A DNA stretch of 63,365 bases, the filler included. It is 5 parts of 5 records of this genome, joined end to end, with 100 filler letters (N's around TTAATTAATTAA, not from the genome) between each part and the next. Parts side by side here need not be neighbours in the genome. Positions count along the whole stretch, not along the records: positions 6,250 to 15,612 come from SRR2962707_2424; positions 15,713 to 23,509 come from SRR2962707_2427; 3 more parts are not named here. One strand, 5' to 3'. Positions 11,127 through 20,799 of this stretch are shown here, in pieces. The notes beneath the pieces are model-generated. The model had not been told where the DNA came from, did no database searches, and saw nothing but the letters and a program-made list of their open reading frames with translations. Position numbers and translations under genes: made by a program. Every line of letters begins with the position of its first letter. Positions within the stretch are counted from its first letter, which is position 1.

Positions 11127-13094
11127 ATGACTACAGCGACGGATATTGCGTCAGATCTACAGCTGCCGAGCCTTCCGGAGGTTATCCTGCGCGCTCTGGA
11201 CGCCTGCCATTCCGGTCAAAGCTATCGCGAAATCAGCCGTATCGTTTCTGCCGACACCGCCCTCGTTACCCGGTTACTCGCCCTCACCAGTTCCGCGCTA
11301 TACCATCGGGGAGCTCCCAGCCATTCTGTTGAACAGGCCCTGTTGAGACTGGGGACCCGAAAATTCCAGACGCTGCTACTGACGTCCGCCCTGCGACAGC
11401 TGATGTTTGAACTTGGAGGCGATGAGTGGCAACAACTGAGGGACTTCTGGCGGCACTCCCTGACCACCGCACTGACGGCCAAGACGCTGGCTACGCTGAC
11501 CCGCTACCCGGAACCGGAAGAGGCCTTTCTTCTGGGGATGATGCATAACATTGGCGAGCTCATTGCGATCAAAACACCCTGCCCCGAACGCAAGCAACAG
11601 ATACTGAACCAGCAGAACGACATCGCCGCCGGGCTGGTGTCCTCCTGGGGGCTGGGCACAATGGCTGTCGATGCCATGCGCTATCAACAGGCCTTGCCCG
11701 GACAACTGAGGGATGCCGGGCACCTGGTCAAGGTGGTCAGTCTCTCTACCCGGCTAGCTCTGTCTGATGCCGTAGGCGTAGGGGCAGCGGCCACCATCTT
11801 CGGGTTGCAGGAAGATCTTACCCGTGAGATCAACAAGAAGATCGGCGAAGAGGTTGCCAGCGTGGCTGCCTCCCTCGGTATCCCTCTGGATACTGATTAC
11901 GATGCCCGCGAGGCCAGACGTCAGCTGAACCAGCGGCTGCTGGAACACACCATGGTGCGAACCGCGCTGGCGTTGCCAGCCTCTGGCCCGGAAAACCTCT
12001 CCACACTGGTGTCGGAAGCCGCCAGCAGCCTGGCACTGATCACCGGTCTGCCCGTGCTCTGCTTCAGCCGGGAGGGTGAGGATCTTACGCTACGTTCAGG
12101 CACCTGCCGGCAACTGCCGGAGATGTCCGTTAATCCAGCCTACGGCGACAGCGCGCTAACCACTGCTCTGAGAACCGGCACCACCACAACCATGGATCAG
12201 ACCGAACCCACCGTGCTTGATCAACAGCTGTGCTCCTTGCTGGCCGCACCCTCACTACTGGCGCTCCCGGTTGCAACCGGGGACAGTGTGTTCGTGATTG
12301 GCATCGACGACCAGACAGTGGCGGGTGCGCGCAACCTCGGAGAGTTGTTCACCCGGGAACTCTCAGCGGTTCTCGAGCTGTCATCTGCCGATCGCCTTGG
12401 CTCGGACCAGCAAATGGTGAACGATCGTCTGCGCCGACAGGTACACGAGGTCAGTAACCCGCTCACCATTATCCGCCAGTACCTGTTCCAGCTGCGCAGC
12501 AGGCTCGAGGATCCAGATGTTCAGGATGAGCTGAACATCATTCAGGAAGAACTCGAGCGTGCCGGCAACCTGTTGTTGCAGATCAGCCAGCACGCAGCCG
12601 AAGCAACAGGCTCCGACACCGATCTGAACGAAGAACTGACCGGTCTGGGCAGAATCCTTCGGGATAGCCTGTTCCATGACGATCACCGGGAGCTTCACCT
12701 GCACCTCTGCAAAGCGAACACTCAAGTACAGGCAGCCCCCTCTGCGGTCCGCCAGATCGTCCTTAATCTGGTCAGAAACGCAGTTGAGGGTTTTGGAGAG
12801 CGGCCCGGAACCGTCACTCTGAAAACCACGGCACCCCTGTTTCAGAACCGGCGACGCTGGGTTGAGTTGCAGGTCACCGATAACGGTCCCGGCATTCCGG
12901 AGCCATTGCAACGCCGACTGTTTGAACCGGTCAACAGCACCAAGGGAGATGGCCATAGCGGCCTGGGGCTGAGCATTGTTAAACAACTGATTGATGACAT
13001 GGAGGGCATCATTGCTTGCCACACCGGCCAGGAAGGCACGGCCTTCCGGATACTGCTGCCGGCGGCAAGTCAAAACGATAACGACACCGACTGA
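11127..13094 (+). CDS. HDOD-domain sensor histidine kinase (soluble)
   Basis: HDOD N-terminus (LPSLPEV, FWRHSL, AFLLGMMHNIGEL); H box VHEVSNPL, N box NLVRNA, DNGPGI, GLGL; no TM segment evident. Confidence 0.88.
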   Translation: MTTATDIASDLQLPSLPEVILRALDACHSGQSYREISRIVSADTALVTRLLALTSSALYHRGAPSHSVEQALLRLGTRKFQTLLLTSALRQLMFELGGDEWQQLRDFWRHSLTTALTAKTLATLTRYPEPEEAFLLGMMHNIGELIAIKTPCPERKQQILNQQNDIAAGLVSSWGLGTMAVDAMRYQQALPGQLRDAGHLVKVVSLSTRLALSDAVGVGAAATIFGLQEDLTREINKKIGEEVASVAASLGIPLDTDYDAREARRQLNQRLLEHTMVRTALALPASGPENLSTLVSEAASSLALITGLPVLCFSREGEDLTLRSGTCRQLPEMSVNPAYGDSALTTALRTGTTTTMDQTEPTVLDQQLCSLLAAPSLLALPVATGDSVFVIGIDDQTVAGARNLGELFTRELSAVLELSSADRLGSDQQMVNDRLRRQVHEVSNPLTIIRQYLFQLRSRLEDPDVQDELNIIQEELERAGNLLLQISQHAAEATGSDTDLNEELTGLGRILRDSLFHDDHRELHLHLCKANTQVQAAPSAVRQIVLNLVRNAVEGFGERPGTVTLKTTAPLFQNRRRWVELQVTDNGPGIPEPLQRRLFEPVNSTKGDGHSGLGLSIVKQLIDDMEGIIACHTGQEGTAFRILLPAASQNDNDTD

Positions 13095-13118
13095 CGACGA
13101 AACCACGGACACACACCC

Positions 13119-15296
13119 ATGGCGAGCGCACAGACCACAGAGTCCTCCAGCCTTTCACGACGCCCCAGCATCCTGGTGGCAGACGATGAGCCACGCCTGC
13201 TCAAAACCCTGGCCGACCTCCTGCGGAGCCGGGGTTTTGAGGTGTCAGAAGCCCACGGTGGGCGCCAGGCCTGTGAACAGCTTCACCGGCAAGCCTTTGA
13301 TCTGGCCCTGCTGGATCTGAACATGCCAGAGCTAGACGGTTTTCAGGTAATGGCTGAAACCGGCCGGCTGCAGCCGGATTGCGGTGTCATTGTGGTCAGC
13401 GGAGAGTCGTCTTTCAGCACCGTCAGTCGGGCTCTGCGCCGGGGCGCACTGGATTACATCCGTAAACCCTTTGACCCGGAAGAATTGCTGGCAACTGTGG
13501 AAGGTGTTCTGGGCAAGCAGTCGCTTATTCGTGCCCATGAGATGGTTCAGTCCCGGCTGGAGAAATCCGAGGCTCTGCACCGCTATATCGTCAACAGCTC
13601 GCCGGACATCGTGTTCATGCTCGATGAAACCGGGCATATCTGCTTCATCAACAACAAGGTCGAAAGCCTGCTCGGCTATCAGCCCTCAGAGCTCTGCGGG
13701 CAGCATTTCCGCCACATACTGGATGACCGGGACGTGGCCCGTGGCACCTATGCTCTGCAGGGCCCCAACATCTCTGCGGATAATCCCCGGGTGCTGGAGG
13801 TCCGCCTGAAAACCCGGGGCAGCCGCAAGGCCACCCGTCATTTCGAGATCACCGCCTTCCCGGTAGACCCACAAACCTGGCCCCAGACCGGCAAGACCCA
13901 GGGCGGCTGCACCGGCCAGCCAGCGCGTTATTATGGCATCGCCCGCGATGTCACCGAGCGCAAGGAGGCCGAGGCCTTCATCAATTTCCAGGCTTACCAC
14001 GACCTGCTGACCCGGCTGCCGAATCGGGCTCTGTTCAAAGACCGGCTGGAACTGGCCATCACCCATGCACGACGCAGCCAGCAGAAACTTGCCGTGATGT
14101 TTCTGGATCTGGACCGCTTCAAGGTGGTTAACGACACGCTCGGACACGCCATGGGAGATCGCCTGTTGCAGGCGGTCACGCATCGACTGGAAAAGTGCCT
14201 GCGCCGGGGAGACACCCTGTCCCGCTTCGGGGGCGATGAATTCACCCTGTTATTGCCGAGCATTCACGGCAACGACGACGCAAGGAACATTGCCCGTAAA
14301 CTGATCAACGCTCTGAAAGCGCCGTTCCAGCTGGGAGACCACGAGGTCTTTGTGGGGGTCAGTATCGGGATTTCAGTATTCCCCGAAGCCGGCGAGACCA
14401 TGGATCTGCTGATACAGAACGCCGATATTGCCATGTACCACGTGAAAGCGCGGGGTAAAGATGGCTATCGCTTCTATTCCGACAGCATGAGCATCAACAC
14501 CGCCAACCGGCTGAGCCTGGAACGGGATCTTCGCCTGGCACTGGAACGCAACGAGCTCCGGGTGTTTTACCAGCCTCAGGTATGCTCCCGTTCCAACCGG
14601 GTGGTGGGCCTGGAGGCCCTGGTGCGCTGGCAGCACCCGGAACGGGGACTGCTCTACCCCGGGGATTTCCTGCCCCTGGCAGAAGAAACCCGGCTGGTTG
14701 GCAAACTCAGTGAACAGGTTATCGATCAGGCCTGCCGCGACGTGGGCCGCTGGATCAGTAGCGGGCATTCCGACCTGCGCCTGGCGGTGAACCTCTCCCC
14801 CAGCCAGGTGGAGCACCCCAGATTCGTCGAAACCCTGATGAACCGGGTGGCCGCCCACAACTTTCCGGCCGATAACCTGGAAATCGAAATCACAGAAAAT
14901 GTGATCATGAATGATCTTGAACAGATCAGCCGCAAGCTCAAGGGGCTGGCCGCCACCGGCGTGCGCATCGCCATCGACGATTTCGGTACCGGCTATTCCT
15001 CGCTCAATTACCTGCACCGTCTACCGATTCACACTCTGAAGGTGGACCAGTCCTTTGTTAAAGCCATACGCAGTGGCGAAGACGGAGCCTGCATCGTCAA
15101 CGCCATTATCGCCATGGCACACGGCCTGAAACTCGAGATTGTGGCCGAAGGTGTGGAAACCGACGACCAACTTGCGTACCTGAAAAGCCTCGGCTGTCAC
15201 CTGGTTCAGGGCTTCTTCTACGGCCCCGCCCGACCCGCCGCCGACATTACACGGTTGCTGGCCAAAGATGGTCTGGCCTTCGCACATACCGGCTAA
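13119..15296 (+). CDS. Response regulator REC-PAS-GGDEF-EAL (c-di-GMP cyclase/phosphodiesterase)
   Basis: VADDE, LLDLNMP, KPF receiver motifs; PAS; RxxD plus GGDEF; EAL and DDFGTGYS intact. Confidence 0.93.
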   Translation: MASAQTTESSSLSRRPSILVADDEPRLLKTLADLLRSRGFEVSEAHGGRQACEQLHRQAFDLALLDLNMPELDGFQVMAETGRLQPDCGVIVVSGESSFSTVSRALRRGALDYIRKPFDPEELLATVEGVLGKQSLIRAHEMVQSRLEKSEALHRYIVNSSPDIVFMLDETGHICFINNKVESLLGYQPSELCGQHFRHILDDRDVARGTYALQGPNISADNPRVLEVRLKTRGSRKATRHFEITAFPVDPQTWPQTGKTQGGCTGQPARYYGIARDVTERKEAEAFINFQAYHDLLTRLPNRALFKDRLELAITHARRSQQKLAVMFLDLDRFKVVNDTLGHAMGDRLLQAVTHRLEKCLRRGDTLSRFGGDEFTLLLPSIHGNDDARNIARKLINALKAPFQLGDHEVFVGVSIGISVFPEAGETMDLLIQNADIAMYHVKARGKDGYRFYSDSMSINTANRLSLERDLRLALERNELRVFYQPQVCSRSNRVVGLEALVRWQHPERGLLYPGDFLPLAEETRLVGKLSEQVIDQACRDVGRWISSGHSDLRLAVNLSPSQVEHPRFVETLMNRVAAHNFPADNLEIEITENVIMNDLEQISRKLKGLAATGVRIAIDDFGTGYSSLNYLHRLPIHTLKVDQSFVKAIRSGEDGACIVNAIIAMAHGLKLEIVAEGVETDDQLAYLKSLGCHLVQGFFYGPARPAADITRLLAKDGLAFAHTG

Positions 15297-15531
15297 AACG
15301 ATTATCGATTGTCTGACACTCAGAACCAAAACATTGACCCGGTTTGCAAAGTGTATCCTTACGTTACTTTGTGTATCCGGAAATGCGCAGTACTGCACAT
15401 CTTTCAACCTACCCCTTCTCTAAGCTCGGTTTATCAGTAACCGATCACCGGAATGTCCGACAGGCTGTCGGAGCAACAATCACAATAACGGTGGCGGACA
15501 ACCAGGGAACAAGAAGAAGGCAGCAGTCATC

Positions 15532-15612
15532 ATGCGCGACAAGTACAAGTATATTGGCCCCGTCTACGATTTTCTCAGCAATCTCTACAGCGGCAAGAAC
15601 ATCCATCGCTGC
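15532..15612 (+). CDS. N-terminus of a CDS truncated by contig end, possibly a class I SAM methyltransferase
   Basis: MRDKYKYIGPVYDFLSNLYSGKNIHRC; pattern resembles UbiE-like N-termini; only 27 codons visible. Confidence 0.45.
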
Positions 15613-15712
15613 NNNNNNNNNNNNNNNNNNNNNNNNNNNNNNNNNNNNNNNNNNNNTTAATTAATTAANNNNNNNNNNNNNNNNNNNNNNNNNNNNNNNN
15701 NNNNNNNNNNNN
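15613..15712. other. Artificial contig spacer
   Basis: N44-TTAATTAATTAA-N44. Confidence 0.98.
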
Positions 15713-15729
15713 TGTTAACTGTTCATTAT

Positions 15730-16737
15730 TCACTGCTTTTTCTGGCGTCGATAACGCGCCGGCGTCTGTCCGGTCCAGCGTTTGAAGGCGTGAATGAAGT
15801 TGGAGACTTCGGAGAAGCCGAGGCGCGCGCTGATTTCCTCCTGCCTCAGCCCGCCACCCAAAAGCCATTGTTCCGCCAGCAGCCGACGCACCTCGTCCAG
15901 CAATTCCCGATATCGGGTGTCTTCGGCCAGCAGCCGCCGGCGCAGGGTGCGGCTGGTGACGCCAATCTCGTCGGCCAGTTGCTCCATGGTCGGGAACTGG
16001 CCGGGCCTGGCCAGCAGTAGCTCACGAACCCGTGCCGCCATGCCCACCCGCCGCCGGCGTTGCGCCAGCAATTGCTGGCACTGTTGCTCGCACAAGCGGG
16101 CGGTGACCGGGTTGGCCTGCGGCAAGGGCTGCTCCAGCAAGCCGGCGGCGAATCCGATCCGGTTCAGCGGCTGGTCGAATTCCGGCACCAGCCCGAACAC
16201 CGCCTCGAAAGGGGCCGCGGCACGCGCTGACAGACGCAGTTGAAGACGCGACAGCGGCATCCGGCTGGCGAACAGTTCCTGCTGGATCATCATGATGGCG
16301 CTGGCGTCACGGGCCAGCAGATAATCCCGCACGCCTTCCGGCAGTGCCTGGTCATCGATAATCAGCGCGGCCTGCTCGTCCTGTTCTTCCAGCGTCACCC
16401 GATTAAAGGCGAAGGTCAGATCCAGGTAACGCTGTCCCAGCGCCACCGCCTCGCGAAAAGTGCCGCTGCTGAGCAGAGCGAATCCCCAAACGCCATAGCT
16501 GCTCAGGTGATAACGCTGGCCCATGGCCAGCCCCAACTCGGCGCTGTCACCCAGTTCGGCGCACAGATTGGCAACCACCGCCAGCTCCTGCTCCGCTTCG
16601 ATCTGCACGTCATTGCGCGTCAACCATCGCGGCTCGATGCCCGACCCGGGCAGCAGACTCGCCACGGGCACACCGTGCTCCGCGGCGAACTCCACCTGCA
16701 TGCGTACGCTGGTCAAACTCCGGCTGGATGCGCTCAT
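15730..16737 (-). CDS. AraC-family transcriptional regulator
   Basis: C-terminal double HTH (SRTLRRRL...LGFSEVSNFIHAFKRWTGQTP); start moved to ATG 16737. Confidence 0.92.
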   Translation of the reverse strand: MSASSRSLTSVRMQVEFAAEHGVPVASLLPGSGIEPRWLTRNDVQIEAEQELAVVANLCAELGDSAELGLAMGQRYHLSSYGVWGFALLSSGTFREAVALGQRYLDLTFAFNRVTLEEQDEQAALIIDDQALPEGVRDYLLARDASAIMMIQQELFASRMPLSRLQLRLSARAAAPFEAVFGLVPEFDQPLNRIGFAAGLLEQPLPQANPVTARLCEQQCQQLLAQRRRRVGMAARVRELLLARPGQFPTMEQLADEIGVTSRTLRRRLLAEDTRYRELLDEVRRLLAEQWLLGGGLRQEEISARLGFSEVSNFIHAFKRWTGQTPARYRRQKKQ

Positions 16738-16740
16738 GGC

Positions 16741-16777
16741 TGTCCGTTTTCCACAACTTTTTGTCCTAGCATGCCAT
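16741..16777 (+). promoter_or_regulatory. Candidate AraC tandem binding half-sites
   Basis: TGTCC at 16741 and 16762 (21-bp period) in the divergent araC/BVMO gap. Confidence 0.35.
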
Positions 16778-16838
16778 AAACAGCCTGCCCCCGCCCCGCT
16801 ACAGTGGATCGATATCAATAAACAAAGTGGATACCACC

Positions 16839-18290
16839 ATGGATGCGACCCACCAGGTCATCATTATCGGCGCCGGTTTCGGCGGCCTGGGCATGGCGAT
16901 TCAACTCAAGACCCAGGGCCAGCACGATCTGTTGCTGATCGAGAAAGGCGATGATGTGGGCGGCTGCTGGCGTGACAATACCTATCCCGGCGCCGCCTGC
17001 GACGTGCCCTCGCATTTGTATTCGTTCTCCTTCGAGCGCCATTACCCCTGGAGCCGCCGTTTCGCGCCCCAGGCGGAGATCCTGGACTACCTGCGCCATT
17101 GCACGGACAAATACGGTATCCGGGAGCATATTCGCTTCGGCACCGAAGTCACCGAGGCCCGTTACCTGGACGCCCACGGTCTCTGGCAGCTAACGCTGAG
17201 CGATGGGGGGACCGTTACCACACGAGCTCTGATCACCGCCACCGGACAGCTCAATCAACCGGCCTACCCGCCGCTGTCCGGCATCGAGGACTTCCAGGGT
17301 CCGCATTTTCACAGCGCCCGCTGGGACCACGACGTGGATCTGACCGGCAAGACCGTGGCGGTGGTGGGCACCGGCGCCAGTGCCATCCAGTTCGTGCCGG
17401 AGGTGGCCCGCAAGGCCGGAAAGTTGCTGCTGTTTCAGCGTTCGGCGGCCTATGTACTGGGCAAACCGGACCGCCGTTACCGCCCCTGGGAACACCGCCT
17501 GCTGAAGACCCTGCCAATAACCCAGACGCTGGATCGTCTGCGTATCTACGCCGCCAATGAATCCCGGGTACTGGGGTTCACCTCACTGCAGAAAGCAATG
17601 GCGGTGTATCAGAGGCTGTTTCGCCGGCACCTGGAAAAACACATTGCCGATCCATCATTGCGGGCAAAGCTGATCCCGGATTACCCGATGGGCTGTAAAC
17701 GCATCCTGATGTCGAACCACTACTATCCGGCACTGGCCCGGGACAACGTGGAAGTGATCAACCACGGCATTCAGTCGGTGGATCACAGCGGCCTCACCGA
17801 CAGCACCGGCACCCATCATCGGGCCGACGCGATCATTTACGGCACCGGCTTCAGGGCCACCGATTTCCTCACCCCCATGACCCTCATCGGCCGCCATGGC
17901 CTGACGCTCAATCAGGTCTGGCGGGACGGGGCCGAAGCGTATCTGGGCATCACCGTGCACGGTTTCCCGAACCTGTTCATGCTCTACGGCCCCAACACCA
18001 ACCTTGGCCACAACTCCATCATCTACATGCTGGAAAGCCAGATTCACTATATCCAGCAGGCGCTGGCGCAATTGCCTGCCACCGGCGCTCTGGAAGTGCG
18101 CTCACGCACGCAGAACGATTTCAACCGGCGCTTGCAAAAACGCATCCGCGACACGGTTTGGGATAAGGGCTGCGACAGCTGGTACAAAACCGAAAGCGGC
18201 AAGAACACCAACAACTGGCCGGGCTTCACCTTCGATTACCGGCGCCAGACCCGGGTACTGGACCTGAGCGACTATGACTACCCTCACTGA
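16839..18290 (+). CDS. Flavin monooxygenase, type I Baeyer-Villiger family
   Basis: GAGFGG and GTGASA Rossmann motifs, GGCWRDNTYPG, BVMO fingerprint FQGPHFHSARWD. Confidence 0.92.
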   Translation: MDATHQVIIIGAGFGGLGMAIQLKTQGQHDLLLIEKGDDVGGCWRDNTYPGAACDVPSHLYSFSFERHYPWSRRFAPQAEILDYLRHCTDKYGIREHIRFGTEVTEARYLDAHGLWQLTLSDGGTVTTRALITATGQLNQPAYPPLSGIEDFQGPHFHSARWDHDVDLTGKTVAVVGTGASAIQFVPEVARKAGKLLLFQRSAAYVLGKPDRRYRPWEHRLLKTLPITQTLDRLRIYAANESRVLGFTSLQKAMAVYQRLFRRHLEKHIADPSLRAKLIPDYPMGCKRILMSNHYYPALARDNVEVINHGIQSVDHSGLTDSTGTHHRADAIIYGTGFRATDFLTPMTLIGRHGLTLNQVWRDGAEAYLGITVHGFPNLFMLYGPNTNLGHNSIIYMLESQIHYIQQALAQLPATGALEVRSRTQNDFNRRLQKRIRDTVWDKGCDSWYKTESGKNTNNWPGFTFDYRRQTRVLDLSDYDYPH

Positions 18291-19233
18291 TGCACTGCGG
18301 CGACGGCGCCGCCCCGACCAGCGTCTGTTGGCCGCCACTTTACGCCGTGCCTTGCAGTTGCTGTTCAAACCCGTGGCCCACCCTCGCGTCGGTATTGCCG
18401 CGCAGCGACGCTGGCAGGAAGCCCTGGCGCGCACCAACCCGGGGGCCAGTGGTATGCCCCATCACAACATGGAAGCGGGCGGAGTCCGCTGCCGCGTCTA
18501 TCAGCCGGAGGGCGCCGACACCACCGTGCTGTACCTGCACGGCGGCGCCTATATCACGGGGTCGCCATCCACTCATCACGGTCTGATCTCTCATCTGGCC
18601 AGACACAGCCAGGCCCGGGTCGTGGTACCGGATTATCGGCTGGCACCGGAGCATCCGTGTCCGGCCGCTATCGAGGATGCGATGGCGGTATACCAGACCT
18701 TGCTTGACCAAGGCACCGATCCGGCCCGGCTGGCACTGGCCGGGGATTCCGCCGGCGGCGGGCTGGCGGTGGCGACGCTGCTGGCCTTGAAACAGGCACA
18801 CCTGCCGCTGCCGGCGTCGCTGTTCCTGATTTCTCCGTGGGTGGATCTGACCCTGACCCGGCTGTTCGATACCGACCGGGACGTAATGTTGAGTCAGGCC
18901 TGGCTGGCGGACGCCGCTCGCGCCTATGGCGGCGATCATCCCGAGCGACCGCAATGCTCACCGATCAATGGCGATCTGGCCGGACTGCCTCCGGTTCTGA
19001 TTCAGGCCGGCGCTGACGAAATCCTGCTCAACGACAGCCACCGGCTGGCGCGGGCGATCCGCGATGCCGGCGGCCAGGCCCGCGTTCAGGTGCACCCGCA
19101 ACGCTGGCATGATTTTCAATTGCACGCCGGGTTGCTGGCCGACGCCGATCTGGCCCTGCGCGGCGGCGCCGGCTTTCTTCGGCACCATTTCCGGCAACCC
19201 GACCACCCGGCAGCGGAGCAGACACGGCCATGA
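18274..19233 (+). CDS. Alpha/beta hydrolase, HSL (family IV) esterase
   Basis: HGGAY, DYRLAPEH, GDSAGG; overlaps the BVMO end. Confidence 0.92.
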   Translation: MTTLTDALRRRRRPDQRLLAATLRRALQLLFKPVAHPRVGIAAQRRWQEALARTNPGASGMPHHNMEAGGVRCRVYQPEGADTTVLYLHGGAYITGSPSTHHGLISHLARHSQARVVVPDYRLAPEHPCPAAIEDAMAVYQTLLDQGTDPARLALAGDSAGGGLAVATLLALKQAHLPLPASLFLISPWVDLTLTRLFDTDRDVMLSQAWLADAARAYGGDHPERPQCSPINGDLAGLPPVLIQAGADEILLNDSHRLARAIRDAGGQARVQVHPQRWHDFQLHAGLLADADLALRGGAGFLRHHFRQPDHPAAEQTRP

Positions 19234-20003
19234 TCCCCTCCACCACGAAAAGTATCCTGATCACCGGCGCCGCCAGCGGCATCGGCCTGGCCACCGCGCG
19301 CCACTTCCATCAACGCGGCTGGCGGGTAGGCCTGCTGGACGTCAACGAGGCCGCCCTGGCCGGGCTGGCGCGGGACCTGGATGGCGCCTGGTTTCATCCT
19401 CTCGACGTCACCGACGCGGAGGCGTGCGCACGGGCGGTTTCCGCTTTCGCCGGCGACGGTGTGCTGGACGTGCTGTTCAATTGCGCCGGTATCCTGCGCA
19501 TGGGGCGTTTCGAAGCGATCAGCGCGGAGCAGCACAAACGCATCATCGATATCAATGTCACTGGCCTGGTCAACATGAGTCTGGCGGCCCTGCCGGCTCT
19601 GCGGCGGGCGGACGCTCCGGTGGTCATCAACATGAGTTCCGCGTCGGCGCTTTATGGCGTGCCGCACCTGGCCAGCTATTCGGCCAGCAAGTTCGCCGTG
19701 CGCGGCCTCACCGAAGCGCTCAACATCGAATGGAAACGACTCGGCATACGAGTGGTGGATGTGATGCCGCCCTTCGTGAAGACACCCATGGTGGAGGATG
19801 CCGACTATCAGGCGCCGGTGGTAAGCCGTCTGGGCGTGAAGCTGAAGGCGGAGGACATCGCCGCCAAGGTCTGGGACGCGGCGGCGCGGGAGGTGCCGGT
19901 GCACAACCCGGTGGGGAGTGTATTCAAGATGATCAAGCTGCTCGACAAACTGCTGCCCAGTGCCTCGACACGCCTGACCATGACCTTTCTGAGTCGCGAG
20001 TAG
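19230..20003 (+). CDS. SDR family oxidoreductase
   Basis: TGAASGIG, NCAG, YSASK; ATGA overlap with the esterase. Confidence 0.92.
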   Translation: MIPSTTKSILITGAASGIGLATARHFHQRGWRVGLLDVNEAALAGLARDLDGAWFHPLDVTDAEACARAVSAFAGDGVLDVLFNCAGILRMGRFEAISAEQHKRIIDINVTGLVNMSLAALPALRRADAPVVINMSSASALYGVPHLASYSASKFAVRGLTEALNIEWKRLGIRVVDVMPPFVKTPMVEDADYQAPVVSRLGVKLKAEDIAAKVWDAAAREVPVHNPVGSVFKMIKLLDKLLPSASTRLTMTFLSRE

Positions 20004-20057
20004 CGGTTGGCTGGAGTGAAGGAAAGGGCCGTTTGGAGGCCGAGCCTGCGGGGGACG

Positions 20058-20509
20058 CGGACTCAAGTCTAGCGGTTCGCCGTCCGCACGTCCTGGGAAA
20101 GGGGCTCGAAACGGATCTTGACCTTGCGTTTCCCCCAGCGCAGCGCCGCCCTGCGATCCTCGCCCATATAGATATCGATCTTGTTACGCCAGCGGCGGTG
20201 CATTTTGTCGCGCACGTACCAGATACCGTCCAGCCCTTCGATGGAGACCGGAGTACCGTAATCCAGACCGGCATCCAGCAGATCACGGGACACGGCGATG
20301 ACCTTCATGCCCGGTTCCAGTTGATCGCCCCAGGCAGCCAGGCTGTGATCCTCTCCCGCGCCCTGCCCCGGCAACGAATTGTAGGCTGTGGCGGTAACGG
20401 TGCGGCGCTCGGAGAAGGTGGCCTCACCGTGTACCGGTATGCTGGCGGCGGCCAGCAGCAACGCCAGCACCCTTATGACGGCTCTCATCGGCGCCCTCGG
20501 ACTCAAGTC
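20058..20509 (+). repeat. 12-bp direct repeat CGGACTCAAGTC bracketing the 3D-domain gene
   Basis: Copies at 20058-20069 and 20498-20509. Confidence 0.75.
20069..20488 (-). CDS. Exported 3D-domain (MltA-like) protein
   Basis: Signal peptide; VTATAYNS, IAVSRDL, VRD, KIDIYM. Confidence 0.8.
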   Translation of the reverse strand: MRAVIRVLALLLAAASIPVHGEATFSERRTVTATAYNSLPGQGAGEDHSLAAWGDQLEPGMKVIAVSRDLLDAGLDYGTPVSIEGLDGIWYVRDKMHRRWRNKIDIYMGEDRRAALRWGKRKVKIRFEPLSQDVRTANR

Positions 20510-20760
20510 GGATGATTTGGCGGCCGATTATACCTTAACAAGGCGGCGAAGCGGGCCATGCAACAATCTGCGTTCTACCCACAACGCCCGATCCGGCGGC
20601 GCGACAGCCATAATCCGGCCGGCGCGTGCTACTTATCATGGCGACGGTTACCAAACTCCAACGAACCGCGAATGTCCCCGGCGGTCCCAATTTGTAAGTC
20701 TCGAAGCCTGCTCGAGGTCGCCGGGCGGAGCGCCCTGGCACAGGGCATCGGCGAGCCCGC

Positions 20761-20790
20761 CGTCTTCGAGCACAGCGTCTTCGAGCACAG
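20761..20790 (+). repeat. Perfect 15-bp tandem duplication
   Basis: CGTCTTCGAGCACAG x2 directly before the GGAGG RBS of the SDR. Confidence 0.9.
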
Positions 20791-20799
20791 GGAGGAGCA

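Noticed and set aside
15713-15735. Degenerate 7-mer run (TGTTAAC/TGTTCAT/TATTCAC) at contig start
   Set aside because: Too short and truncated to classify.
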